Source: Octopus sinensis (lineage: Eukaryota). From it: a stretch of DNA of 64,000 nt. A model generated the notes under the pieces. The model was not told where the DNA came from. It saw nothing but the letters and a program-made list of their open reading frames with translations, and searched no databases. The translations under genes were made by a program, and so were the position numbers. Below are positions 24,765 through 37,807 of the stretch, piece by piece. Within the stretch, counting starts at the first letter, position 1; the number at the start of each line of letters is the position of its first letter. The stretch lies in contig NC_043004.1 of the NCBI RefSeq assembly GCF_006345805.1, positions 41,478,001-41,542,000 on the forward strand. The letters are read 5' to 3'.

Positions 24765-25170
24765 CTTTTTTACTTCTTTTACTTGTTTCAGTCATTTGAC
24801 TGCGGCCATGCTGGAGCACCGCCTTTAGTCGAGCAAATCGACCCCGGGACTTATTCTTTGTAAGCCCAGTACTTATTCTATCGGTCTCTTTTTGCCGAAC
24901 TGCTAAGTGACGGGGACATAAACACACCAGCATCGGTTGTCAAGCAATGCTAGGGGGACAAACACAGACACACAAACACACACGCATACATATATATATA
25001 CATATATACGACAGGCTTCTTTCAGTTTCCGTCTACCAAATCCACTCACAAGGCATTGGTCGGCCCGGGGCTATAGCAGAAGACACTTGCCCAAGATGCC
25101 ACGCAGTGGGATTGAACCCGGAACCATGTGGTTGGTTAGCAAGCTACTTACCACACAGCCACTCCCGCGT
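24765..25170 (-). mobile_element. Family A SINE, full length
   Basis: Near-identical to the reverse complement of 61633-62040. Confidence 0.9.
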
Positions 25171-25189
25171 TTCTGAAAGTTTGTAAAAA

Positions 25190-25520
25190 TATCAGTCGTT
25201 GAGGCCCAGTAAACGATTAAAGGTCTTAAAACACCATTACTCTGTGCTGCACATCTTCTGGAACTTTGACTTACCATTTGGTTTTACGAAGATCGTGCCA
25301 AGCTATTCCAAAAGAGCTCTGCTGTCAGTTGATTCGCAAATAACTTAGTCGGCAAAAATGTGGGTGAACAAGTGCGTCACAGAAACCCTGGTCTCGCTGA
25401 TGGTTACCACGTCTAAACTTAGTAACTTTAGATCATGCAGCCGTTTTGTTTTACATATTTCTAATTCTTTCTTATCCCCCATTGCATTTTCCCATATAGG
25501 AAAAGTTGCCCTTATGGGTG
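25190..25520 (-). mobile_element. LINE (L1/Tx1-like) endonuclease relic
   Basis: LSLDVVTISETR resembles the APE D(V/I)xxxxET motif. Confidence 0.45.
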
Positions 25521-25932
25521 ACATTGGCATATATATTATTATCATTATTGTTTTTATGTATTATTATTATTGTTTTTACGTATTTTTGTATTCATATTCG
25601 TGTAACATCGTCCGTTTTTCCGTCCTTGTTTTGTATACATTCGAAGCTTTCTTCCAAGGAATCTAATGCACTTAGCTTAGATTTTCCTTGGAGCTGGCCA
25701 GATTGGAGCAATCTCAAGATTAATCAGCCGACATTGCGAGGTTCTTGACTGAAGATTGAAGGCTTCGAATGTCCCGTCCGTGTTTTTTGTATCGTCTTCT
25801 AAATGTTTTGCATTCTTGTCCCAGTTTGTATTTTTTTTACATATATATATACATGTATATATGTATGCAAGCACACTCAAACACACATACATAAAATTAA
25901 TTTTTCTCATGCATTTTTATATTTTTCTTCAG

Positions 25933-26061
25933 TTTTCTCAAAGCCCGAGATATAGAAGGTACATCTTGATTATGACAGACCCAGACATGCATTTCATAGA
26001 GAAATATCATACATATTCCCACACGACTGATCACCTGCATTGGATGAAATTAAATTTTTCC
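25933..26061 (+). CDS. PEBP4: PEBP4-like exon 2 ([20 protein letters not shown]...[11 protein letters not shown])
   Basis: tttttcttcag acceptor, GTAAGT donor at 26062, 129 nt, phase 0 to 0. YILIMTDPD and HW are PEBP signature motifs. Confidence 0.88.
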
Positions 26062-26144
26062 GTAAGTGTTGATGCCGGATTGGTTAATGCATTTTGTACT
26101 GGTGTGCGTGCATCAAGGTGCACATGCATCGGTAAAAAATATGC

Positions 26145-26205
<61 letters not shown>

Positions 26206-26296
26206 AGGTTAATCCAAAGGGAAAACAGAAAAAAAACAACACGTGGAACAATTAAAGTATTATTATTAGGCGCTCAGGAAAAAGGGAAGAAGGAGG

Positions 26297-26331
26297 GTAT
26301 GACGTTTCGAGCGAAGCTCTTCGTCGGAAAC
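26297..26331 (-). ncRNA. Minimal type I hammerhead ribozyme motif in a ~200-bp (TA)n-flanked unit (~26205-26411)
   Basis: GTTT-CCGACGA-A-GAGC(TTC)GCTC-GAAAC-GT-C-ATAC. U4C core variant, GUC triplet, one stem I mismatch. Confidence 0.65.
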
Positions 26332-26434
26332 ATAAGAGAAGGAAGAAAGAAAGATCCCGAAGTGGCGAACGGAGGGAGGGAAAAAAACGCGACTGGTTTT
26401 TACGAAGTAAACATATATATACATATATATATAC

Positions 26435-26541
<107 letters not shown>

Positions 26542-26542
26542 A

Positions 26543-26574
<32 letters not shown>

Positions 26575-26577
26575 TAT

Positions 26578-26609
<32 letters not shown>

Positions 26610-26740
26610 TGCATGCATGCACGTACATACGCTGCACCTCGCAGAAACACCCACACACGTACATGTATAAGATTTAAACAAAAATCCACAAAGATAGAAC
26701 TGTACATAGACACCCATAAAGGTACCTACCTACCTACATG

Positions 26741-26744
<4 letters not shown>

Positions 26745-26802
<58 letters not shown>

Positions 26803-27009
26803 ATTATATATATATATATATATATAATATATATATATTGTATATATATATATATAATATATATGTATATATATATATATATATGTATATATATAGATAT
26901 ATGTATATATATATATATATATATGTATTATATATATATATATGTATCGTATATATATATGTATAATATATATATATATATGTACTATATATATGTATAT
27001 ATATATATA

Positions 27010-27089
<80 letters not shown>

Positions 27090-27109
27090 ATGTATATATA
27101 TATAATATG

Positions 27110-27141
<32 letters not shown>

Positions 27142-27465
27142 ATATATGTCATATATAATATCTATATGTATATATATATATGTATATATATATATGTATA
27201 TATATGTATATATATATATATATAATGATATATATATATATATGTATAGATATATATATAATATGTATTATATATATATATGTATATTATAGATATGATA
27301 TATTGTAATATATATATATATCGTGTTATATATATATTGTATATATATATATATATATTTCTAGTATATATATATATATGTATATATATATAATGTATAT
27401 ATATATATATATAATATAATATATATATATTATATATTGTATTCTATATATTATATATCTGTATC

Positions 27466-27498
<33 letters not shown>

Positions 27499-27613
27499 GT
27501 ATATATATATATAATGTATATATATATATGTAGATATATTATATATGATATAGGTATATAGATATGTATATATATTATGTATATATATATATATACATAT
27601 GTAATATAATATC

Positions 27614-27688
<75 letters not shown>

Positions 27689-27695
27689 TATATGT
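26745..27695. repeat. ~1-kb imperfect (TA)n microsatellite
   Basis: Direct inspection. Confidence 0.95.
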
Positions 27696-28047
27696 ATGCA
27701 TAAATCTACTACATATGTGGAAATCTGTGGGTATGTTTGTGGCGTTGTTATCTAACTCCTCCTACATAGTTTTTTCTATTTTGAGGAAACTTGACACGTT
27801 AGTAGAACTCATGTCTGGAAAACTAGTAACATACTTAGATTGTTGAAACAGTCGAAAATACCCCTCCTGGAAGGGATTCTTATATCTATTACATGTAACT
27901 AATATATTATTTTTAAACATCCAAGGGAAATAATCTATTCTCTCTTGAAAGTGATCCTTATATATAGCCAAAGGAAATAACCCATTCATGTACGTAAATT
28001 ATTTCGTATAAATCAAATTGAGTATTCTTATTTCTTAGCATTTGAAC

Positions 28048-28532
28048 TATTTGAGTTATTTTTGCAACTTATCCAGTACAACGCTTAAACAAGTATATAG
28101 TATTTTCCTAAACAATAGATCCACTTATTTCAGTTAGTGACTTATTCACGAATATACCAACACTAGCGCCACTGAGGATAATTTTCTCCGCGATCACACA
28201 AAAGCTTTTTTCAGAGTTATTTACTTCAATTATTTGAGTTATTTTTGCAACTTATCCAGTACAACGCTTAAACAAGTATATAGTATTTTACTAAACAATA
28301 GATCCACTTATTTCAGTTAGTGACTTATTCACGAATATACCAACACTAGCGCCACTGAGGGTAATTTTCTCCGCGATCACACAAAAGCTTTTTTCAGAGT
28401 TATTTACTTCAATTATTTGAGTTATTTTTGCAACTTATCCAGTACAATGCTTAAACAAGTATATAGTATTTTACTAAACAATAGATCCACTTATTTCAGT
28501 TAGTGACTTATTCACGAATATACCAACACTAG
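28048..28532. repeat. 183-bp tandem repeat, ~2.6 copies
   Basis: TTGAGTTATTTTTGCAAC recurs at 28051, 28234 and 28417; copies are near-identical. Confidence 0.92.
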
Positions 28533-28701
28533 CTTCGAAACACACTTTGAGTCGAACCAGGGACAGCTGATGAAGGGGAATTTTCCTTGTATTGTTTGTC
28601 TTGTACTCTGTTTTTTCGTTGTTTTAAAAAAGTCCGTTTCCTTGTCTGATTTTATGTTCTCGTCTCTCGTTGTGTTCTACGTTTATTTGTGGTGTCCTGT
28701 A

Positions 28702-28776
<75 letters not shown>

Positions 28777-28924
28777 GCATGTATATAATACATGTAGATG
28801 TAGGTATGTACATATATGTATGTATATATGCATATATTTTATTTATTTATTATTTACTATATATAATTGTTCTAAGTTTCTATATATATGTATAAACACA
28901 TATTAGATATATATTATATATATC

Positions 28925-28962
<38 letters not shown>

Positions 28963-29164
28963 ATATATATATCTAATATATATATATATATAATATATAT
29001 AATCATATCTATCTATCTATATATATATATATACATATATGTATATATATAGGTATACACACAATTATATATATTATATATATATATGTATATACACACA
29101 TATATAATGAATGAATGTATATGTATGTATGTAAGTATACATACATACATATATACATATATGC

Positions 29165-29206
<42 letters not shown>

Positions 29207-29428
29207 TATATATATATATATAATCTCATTTTACATTTTTTTCTATGCTTTCTTATAACGACATACAGTTACACATACACACGCAGACACACACACACAC
29301 ACGCACACACACACACACACGCACACACACACACACGCATGCACTTACGCATACATATACACAGACAAATGTAGATATAATTATATTATGTGACTTGTAT
29401 ATATGCAGTAAGCTGGTAATCTTTTCAG

Positions 29429-29477
29429 GTAGAGAGACTAGCAGAGGGTATAACATCGGAAAGTAGCGACTTATACC
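29429..29477 (+). CDS. PEBP4: PEBP4-like exon 3, 49-nt micro-exon (VERLAEGITSESSDLY)
   Basis: cttttcag acceptor, GTAAGT donor at 29478. Phase 0 to 1 is exactly what is needed to link exons 2 and 4; it fills the segment between the HW motif and the Y..P.P motif. Confidence 0.75.
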
Positions 29478-29955
29478 GTAAGTACTTTCGCAATTCTATT
29501 CCCTCTCTACATTCATACATACACACATAATACATACATACATACATAATACATACATACATTACATACGTATGTATAGAATATTAATACATATAAGTTA
29601 TACATACACACACACACACACACACATATATATAGACATACATAGAAATACAACAAGAGGCTTCCAAATAGGAAAGCCTTGTACTAGAAAGAGCAGTAGA
29701 AAACTCAAACCACCAATTAAGGATAAATTCTCGAAAGGAATGAAAATTAAAAACGTTTATCATCTCAATTATTTCCCAGACCATGGTTTCTAACTATTTC
29801 CAGCAAAAAAAAATATTTGCTGAAGGCCAGTGTTCATCAGTGGGATGACAGCCTTTGATTTCAAATATACACACAACAGCCAGATCCACATGTAAAACTA
29901 ACTGCCTGTATATCCTAACTTATTACCCTATTGTTATTTATTATGTTTATATATA

Positions 29956-29997
<42 letters not shown>

Positions 29998-30006
29998 TAT
30001 ATATAT

Positions 30007-30514
30007 AACGAGCAAAGTGCTCCCGTCCATGACGGTGCTGAATCATATCTGCTGAATTAAAAGCAATCAGTATTTTCTTTTCATCAAAAAATAATTAAGC
30101 ATGCCTTTATTTTAATAAAATTTTAGGTTTTGTTAAACGTAGTTAAGCAAAAAAAAACTTCTTGAGAAACCAAATAGTCTTTCCTTCCTTCATGCCAAGT
30201 TTGAAGAAAATATCTCTTTTGCATCTTAATTTTTTGGTCTCTTAAATATACTGCATTTTGTGGCATTATTTCAAGCCAGCCGGCTTTTTTTTGCGCAAAC
30301 TGCACGTGCATTTTTTTTCGCGCACGCGTAGTATCGATCGCAACAGCTGACGTACTTGCGGGTACAAATGCACGTTCCCACGGCTTTATCGATCGCATTC
30401 TCACCTGGAATCGATTTTTGTAATTTTTTCAAGACTTATACACGCCCTGATACTGTCAGTATCTACATATCAAATTTGAGCGCAATCGGATGGAGGATGC
30501 CCGAGATCCTAGAT

Positions 30515-30575
<61 letters not shown>

Positions 30576-30594
30576 CGGATTTTATATAATAGAT
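30007..30594 (-). mobile_element. Non-autonomous Helitron (HINE-like)
   Basis: Minus-strand 5' ATCTATTATATAAAATCCG followed by (TG)n; 3' hairpin CCGTC-ATG-GACGG and a CTCGT (CTAGT-like) end. The 5' terminus is duplicated at ~30612-30640. Confidence 0.7.
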
Positions 30595-30775
30595 ATGCAC
30601 ACACACACACACAGAACGGATTTTATATAATAGATATGCACACACACACGCACTCGTATGCACACACACACGCACTCGTATGCACACACACACAGAGTGT
30701 GCGATGGGTAAATCGTCGTCATTTTATATTTTTAATTTCGCGCATGCGAATTGTTTGTTTTGTCGACTACAAAGT

Positions 30776-31932
30776 ACGGTAGGGTCGGTTGGGCACAGTC
30801 TGTGAGAAAAATAGCACCATGACGCAATTCATTCTGCCAGAAATTTGGAAACGACATGTACTGCTTGGCATTCGCACTGGAAGCTACAATACGAACATTT
30901 CACTGTGCTTGGGTGTCAATCTGAGGACAGTGTAATCTGAGGACATGTATCAAGTGATAAAAATCAAACATTCAGTCAACATCCTGGTGTTTGGAGTGAT
31001 CACTTGTGATGGCGACGTTATGCCTCCATTCATCTCTCCACACGGCTTCAGACTAAACACGGAGGCTTACATCAAGTGCCTAGAGGAGATAGGGATCCTT
31101 TCGGTTTGAACGGCAGTTTTTTCTAGCGGTGTCATATGAAATTGTCACCCATAATTATGACCCTAGTATCGATCTATTGCATTTCAATCTGTTTTAGGGT
31201 TAGGGTTAGGGTTAGGGGTGGGGGGAAGGGTATCTTTTTTTCTTCACAAATGTAAATAAACCCAATCTGTTTCTTAAACGAGTGACATATTCATACGGCA
31301 CAAAATGTTTTTTTTACCTTAATTGACGTCAGTGATTGGTTGAAATTGTAGAAATTGAAGAAAAAAAACAACAAATATCTTACAAACCCTAGAATTTTCT
31401 CAATAAAGCCAAGAGAAAAAGCTGTTTTATATACACATTCTACCAGTATACGAAGTTTAAAATTTTTTAGCTACCTAGAAATTATGTTAAAAACTGCCGT
31501 TCAAACAGAAAAGATCCGAGATAGTGCTGCCTTGCATCAAGAGAGTGGCTGCTTGAAGACCCTATGTCTGGCAACAAGACTCTGCACCATGTCACACAGG
31601 CAGGAGAACCCAGTCATGGCTGTCATACAATTTCTGCGACCACGTCACCTCGAACATCTGGCCATCTAACTCCCCACACTGCAAACCTCTTGTAGGGCGC
31701 ACTTTGAGTGAAAGACCAGCAACACTCCTTGGATTATAGCAGCATTCACCAACTTAAACAAGGAGACCGACCAGAAGAGTTGGAGGAGATTCTGAAATCG
31801 TCTGGAGGCCGTGGTTGAAGCCAATGGCAATTTCATTGAATAAATTTACTCAATGAGAGGCATGCAGTAACAATAAGATCACTTTGAAAACTATATATTT
31901 TCGAACAGAGATTTTGGCAGCGCCACCCTCAG
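30776..31932 (+). mobile_element. Tc1/mariner-superfamily transposase relic (internally deleted), split by a MITE
   Basis: VFGVITCDG..MPPF, AYIKCLEEIV|LP, WQQDSAPCH, WPSNSP motifs; ends approximate. Confidence 0.75.
31093..31517. mobile_element. GGATC MITE inside the mariner relic
   Basis: TIRs; 7-bp matching flank GAGATAG at 31086-31092 and 31518-31524. Confidence 0.93.
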
Positions 31933-32436
31933 CTGAGTGATTCTTCTGTGTCGAAGAAGAGAAATAACCCTGAAACCGCGATCCATAGATCTTGTTCTGT
32001 GTTGGGGTGGGGATGCTAAACTTCCCCGTTCGAAGCTATAAGGACACAGATAGTGTGTCGTATAGCCAGCTGGAGACGATGTTTTCTGGGACTAAGCAAC
32101 AGTAACCGAGACTGCCACATTATATTGGCAAATAATCTTTACTTTATATATTTAAACTTGTCAACATCGAAATTTCTGAACATGTCTTTTTAATTCATAA
32201 TTCTAAATTAGCCTGTTATGAACATTTTAATTTGTCAACATTGAATCTTTTAAAGATGTTTTTCTAATTCATAATTTTAAATTTTTACCATTGATAAACA
32301 AAAAATATTGTTGAAACTAGTTTGCTATAATATGTAAATAAATCTATTTTAAACAAATACAAGTTTTTCAAATTTATATGCATTTTCACAACAAAACTCT
32401 CTTCTCTCTCTCTCTCTCTCTCTCTCTCGCTCTCCC

Positions 32437-32468
<32 letters not shown>

Positions 32469-32827
32469 CTATAATATATATATATATTATATATATATCC
32501 ACACACACTTACATATATATATATTGATATATATATAACACTTACATATATATATATATTATATATATATAGGTTTAATTTCTATGCATTAATTTATACT
32601 TTCTTCATTAACGTCAATATGTATTTTATCAATGTAGGTTTTTTCCTCGGATTTTATAATTTTTATAAGTTTTTATATATATATACATATATTTTTGACC
32701 TTTTTGTTTATCGCTCGAAGATGACCCGTTTTTTCTAAAGGGCCAATCAAACAAGTCCATTTCTTTTTAAAGGTGTAGCGTTTGTAAGAGTCTAGATTGA
32801 ATTGATATATCTGTTCCATTTCTAGCA

Positions 32828-32872
32828 AAAACTGTCTGATGAACGCAACGAGAAACTCAGAGTCACGATTTT
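32828..32872 (+). ncRNA. Minimal type I hammerhead ribozyme motif in a (TA)n-flanked unit (~32695-32900)
   Basis: AAAACTGT-CTGATGA-ACGCAACGA-GAAACTCAGAGT-C-ACGATTTT. Canonical core, GUC triplet, 7 of 8 stem I pairs, weak stem II. Confidence 0.6.
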
Positions 32873-32900
32873 GTTGAATTTTCTGCTGCTTAAAATAAAG

Positions 32901-32982
<82 letters not shown>

Positions 32983-33260
32983 CATATATATACATATATA
33001 TACATACATATATATAATAAATTATATGCATACATATTATATTATATATGTGTGTATACATGCATACATACATGTATATATGTGTGTACACACATGCATA
33101 CATACATAAGTACGCATGCGCGTGCAGACACACATGCACACTCATATACATACATGCATAAACACATACATATTACGTGCGATTTAGAAGTATTGAACAG
33201 AATGTATTCAGAACCATGTTTAATTTCAACAACTCTTTCCTCTCTTTTCACCTGCACCAG

Positions 33261-33562
33261 CTTACACAGCGCCGGGCCCGAGTTTAGCTGATCGTCGAAT
33301 ACAGTTCCTACTATATGAACAAAAATCCGACAACGTTATTTTGCCATATCCAACTGGAACAGGAGAACGCTATATAGATGTGAATTATTTTGAATATAGG
33401 AACCAATACCCAGAAAAATTTATGTCTTTTCAATACCTTCTTACTATCAAAAAACGTTGTAAATCTACCGCTACTAAAATCAGTCTTTCTTATATGAAGA
33501 GTTGGCTAAACATTTATCTGCTCAAGATGGTCATACTGTACTTTGAGAAAATGCTTATATGA
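33261..33562 (+). CDS. PEBP4: PEBP4-like exon 4, terminal ([21 protein letters not shown]...YFEKMLI*)
   Basis: ttttcacctgcaccag acceptor, phase 1 start. YTAPGP...RIQFLLYEQ matches PEBP YxxPxPP...HRYxFxxYxQ; frame open to TGA at 33562. Confidence 0.85.
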
Positions 33563-33585
33563 TTACAGTTAATACAATAATTATG

Positions 33586-33631
<46 letters not shown>

Positions 33632-33903
33632 TAGTAATAATAATAATGATAGTAATGGTTTCAAAATTTGGCACAAAGCCTGTTATTTCGAGGGAATGGG
33701 GTTAGTCGAATGTGCAGAAGGATATTGGAATTGAGACATTTGTTGTCGACCTAAGAATCCTAAGAAAGATTCTTGTGATTTGAGGAGACTTGTTGTCACC
33801 AGACCTCAAGAGAGCTTCCCTGCTAATTAAATTACTATTTAATAGCTTTCGAGTAATAATAGATTAGTAGTAGTAGTAGTAGTAGTAATGGTGATGATGA
33901 TGG

Positions 33904-33946
<43 letters not shown>

Positions 33947-34160
33947 AAAAAATATTCAGACAAATACATAACAAAAACACCAGGACTTACAAACACATAT
34001 AACATACAGAAAATTGCACTACTAGGCACTGCACACATCCTACGCAGAACACTTTCCATACAATAACCATCAGAGCATCACAACAAATCACAGCACATAC
34101 CCAAGGCACACAGAGCTGCGCTCAGTAGTGAAGTGAAAGCACGATATAAAAAATATACTA

Positions 34161-34202
<42 letters not shown>

Positions 34203-34807
34203 AATTAGCTTACATGCAAAAGAAATAAAAAAAAAACTAACAAGAAATAAACAATAAATATTTATAGTTTTAGTAATTTTGTTTTTATTGTTGTTTTTTT
34301 GTTGATTCAATGCAGATATGATAGCATTGAGCATGTGCAGTGTGTTGTTCTGTTTTACGATCGCACTTTCTTATGTTGAAAGCCTTCAATGAAATATACG
34401 AGCAGTGCCATATGGTGCTAGCTTCTCTGTATTTTATGTGTTTTTGAGTAAACCCTGTGGTTTTCGATATATATTTGCATAATTTGTTCCGTTATGCACA
34501 TGATATAAGAATTATTTCTGTTTCCAATACCCACATGTCAGTTATCTCTATTTCCAGATTCGTTTATTTGAATAATTTACCAATTCATTTTAGTGAGATA
34601 TATCATTATATATATTATTATATAACATATTATTATATTATAAATATTAATATTATATTATGTATTATATTATATATATATATAATATATATATATATAT
34701 TATATATATATATTATATAGATTATCATTTATATATATATCATTATATATATATAATTGGGAGTGAAATTTCAATCCGCTGAAGCGTTTATTTCTGGTGG
34801 TTGTTGA

Positions 34808-34865
<58 letters not shown>

Positions 34866-34902
34866 TATTATTATTATTATTATTATTGTTATCATTATTA
34901 AA

Positions 34903-35396
34903 GCAGTGAGGTGGCAGAATCGTTAGTACGCCGGTCGAAATGCATAGCAATATTTCGTCTGTGTTTACGTTCTGACTTCAAATTCTGCCGAGGTCGACTT
35001 TGGTTTTCATCCTTTCTGGGTCGATAAATTAAGTACCAGTGAAACACTGGGATCGATGTAATCGGCTAGCCTCTATTGCATTTCAATCTCTTTTAGGGTT
35101 AGGGGTGGGGGAAGGTTATCTTTTTTCTTCACAAATGTAAATAAACCCAATCTGTTTCTTAAGCGAGGGACATATTCATAAGGCACAGAATGCTTTTTAA
35201 CTCAATAGACGTAATTGATTGGTTGAAATTGCAGAAATTGAAGAAAGAAGAACAAAACTATCTTACAAACTATAGAATTTTCTCAATAAAGCCAAGAAAA
35301 AGATGTTTTATAAACACATTCTACCAGTATACGAAGTTTAAAATTTTTTAGTTACCTAGAAATTGTTAAAAACTGCCGTTCAAACCGAAAAGATCT
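34903..35396 (+). mobile_element. Family B SINE joined directly to a 5'-truncated GGATC MITE
   Basis: SINE head and core to ~35070, then TCTATTGCATTTCAATC...GAAAAGATCT. Confidence 0.8.
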
Positions 35397-36130
35397 CGAG
35401 GTGTTTCACTTAAAACCATAACACGTCACCCTGTCTGACAATCGGTCAACTTAACGGTCGAGAGTCTAACACTCTAACCACCAAGATCCACGCTTTCACA
35501 GTAACGAAAATACATTTATAACACGGTAAATATTTTTCGATATCCGATCGATGCCATCTTAACGGGTGGTCTAAAGTCTCCCATGGTTTTACTATGGAAT
35601 CTTGCACACCATTGTATAATACATGTGTGTTCACGCGTGGAAATAATACAAGAAACGAACTTTAAAGGTAATAGTATGACTTTATTCCTTCGTTAAGTAG
35701 TACAGTAGACCAAGTAAAAAACATCACGAATTCTGGTGGTTGTATAGTTCATCGATCATTTGGATAATTCAGCTCGGGTCATCGTTGGTTACATGTGCTC
35801 TGTTATATTAATTTTGCTTTGATGAATAGCGGCAGGAAAACAACACGACTCACCTTCATGAAAATCACTCACCCCCTCTGGACTCAATAAGTTATCCCAA
35901 AGATTTATAGAAAAAAAATAGACTCCAAAGCACATACCGATTAGTATTTTGAGAATATATTACGGTCCAAATGCCGCGCTATCCTCAGCCAATCAAAACA
36001 TAGGACAGAACCAATATTCAAAACTCACATGATAGATAAAGCGACCAATCATTACAGATTAACGCGCTGATCCTATATGAGTTTAATGTATTCAATATGC
36101 CATTACAAAAATTGGTCTCGCTACACCATA

Positions 36131-36529
36131 TCTTTATATATAAAACTAAAGTTGTGTGTCTGTCTCCTACGATTTAGATTCCTAACTACTCCCACATTTT
36201 GCGGTGCAGTTTGACCAAAACCGGGTATCTTATAGTCGTGATTCATATCGAGCCCTTCTGGGTATTAGCGCGCGTCTACGATGAGTCTACGATTAAAAAA
36301 AAAAATTACCATAATTTTTTTCCATTTTAATGCATTTTTTCGCTATTATATAAGGGAAGTAACTCTCTAAAAATGTCTACGATGAGTCAACGATTTAAAA
36401 AAAAAATTTACCATCATTTCTTTTCCATTTTTAATGCATTTTTTTGCTATTTTTTGGCTATAACTCTCTAAAAATGCTTATATAGTTATTTCCCTTACAA
36501 ACCCGAGCAACGCCGGGCGATACTGCTAG
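36131..36529 (+). mobile_element. Non-autonomous Helitron with internal tandem duplication
   Basis: A|TCTTTATATATAAAAC 5' end; CCCG-AGCAACGC-CGGG hairpin, CTAG|T end. Confidence 0.85.
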
Positions 36530-37724
36530 TTTATTATACGAGAGGGGGATTAGTATCAATAGTCTTTATGACTTTTAGAAATTACTGTCAATATAAGAAA
36601 TGTTGAAAGCATCGAGGAGCTGACAGAATCACTACTGCGCCGAGCAAAATGCGTCGTCCGTCTTCATGTGCTGAGTTTAAATTTCGCCAAGATCGACTGT
36701 GCCTTTAATACCTTCCAAGTCGATAAAAAAAGTAGCAGTCGGGTACTGGGGTTGATGTAATCGACTTACTCCCTTCCCACAAACTTGTTGGCTTTGTGCC
36801 AAATTTTGAAACCAATGTAAGAAAAGCTGTTTCTGTTTGGAACTTGTATCAAAATTCAAATGAAAATAGGTTTTCGTAGTAAGGGAGAGTACTCAGCTTA
36901 CATCGCTAATAACTGGTTCTATTATCTCCCATGACTACGTTTATTCACCTATAACTCAATATGGCATAACTACAGATTCCTGCAACCCACCGACTTTGGA
37001 TGATCATAACTTTCAGAAAAATGGATATTTTTTAATGAAATTTTCTACGAATATGTGTTATATCATGTAGATTCCAAATACCCAAAACATTTTTTGGTGG
37101 AGGGAATGTTTTAGGAGGGGTGGGGGTGGGGAATTTCGGAAAATTCACCGGCGTCCACTTCAATTCGTCTTAATTTTCAAGAAAATAGATATCTTAAAAT
37201 GAAATTTAAATATTCCCCTACCCCCAACCCCTTATTCCAAAATCCTCCACTATTTTTCTATTTAAAAAAAAATCTTGCTTTTAAAATATGGACTGTCCAA
37301 TTCTGCCATTCGCCTCTCTGTATAATTTCCAAATGATTTTAAAAAATATTTCAAAATCAAAATGGAAAAGGTTTTAAATTATCGCAAATGCGTGCGGCTT
37401 ACTATCGATTCTTGCGAGGGCCTCATCGACATCTGACCAGCGCATATCTCCACTAGAACCACATGTGTTTGTGTAAGAGAAAATCATTTACTAACACAAA
37501 ATTATGTTAATAAAATAAATTAGCTGTAACATGCCTCTAAATTATTAGGGATACGTTTCCGCTGTGTGCTTTATAAACGTTTAGTAATTCTCCCAGGCAT
37601 TGTAACATTTCATGGCATAACAATCCCTGTAGATGGCCTCATCGACGTGCGATAAGGGATTGTGAATATGTCGCAAAGGGTTACTCTTATTTCTAAAAAA
37701 GTATGTGTCTGTTTTGTTAGAAAT

Positions 37725-37807
<83 letters not shown>

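Noticed and set aside
25748-25775. CTGAAGA...GAAG-G-CTTC-GAATGTC hammerhead-like string
   Set aside because: GAAA is broken (GAAT) and no stem I forms; at best a dead relic.
27762-27989. 75-aa minus-strand ORF, and + strand ELMSGKLVTY as a possible PEBP exon 3
   Set aside because: No suitable splice sites or phase; 29429-29477 fits instead. No recognisable homology.
28048-28532. Regularly spaced repeats (also 1099-1177, 16300-16362 and 54250-54620) as a CRISPR-like array
   Set aside because: Eukaryotic context; units are head-to-tail with no unique spacers and no cas genes.
28562-28592. CTGATGA followed by a hairpin
   Set aside because: No GAAAC or stem III downstream, so not a complete ribozyme.
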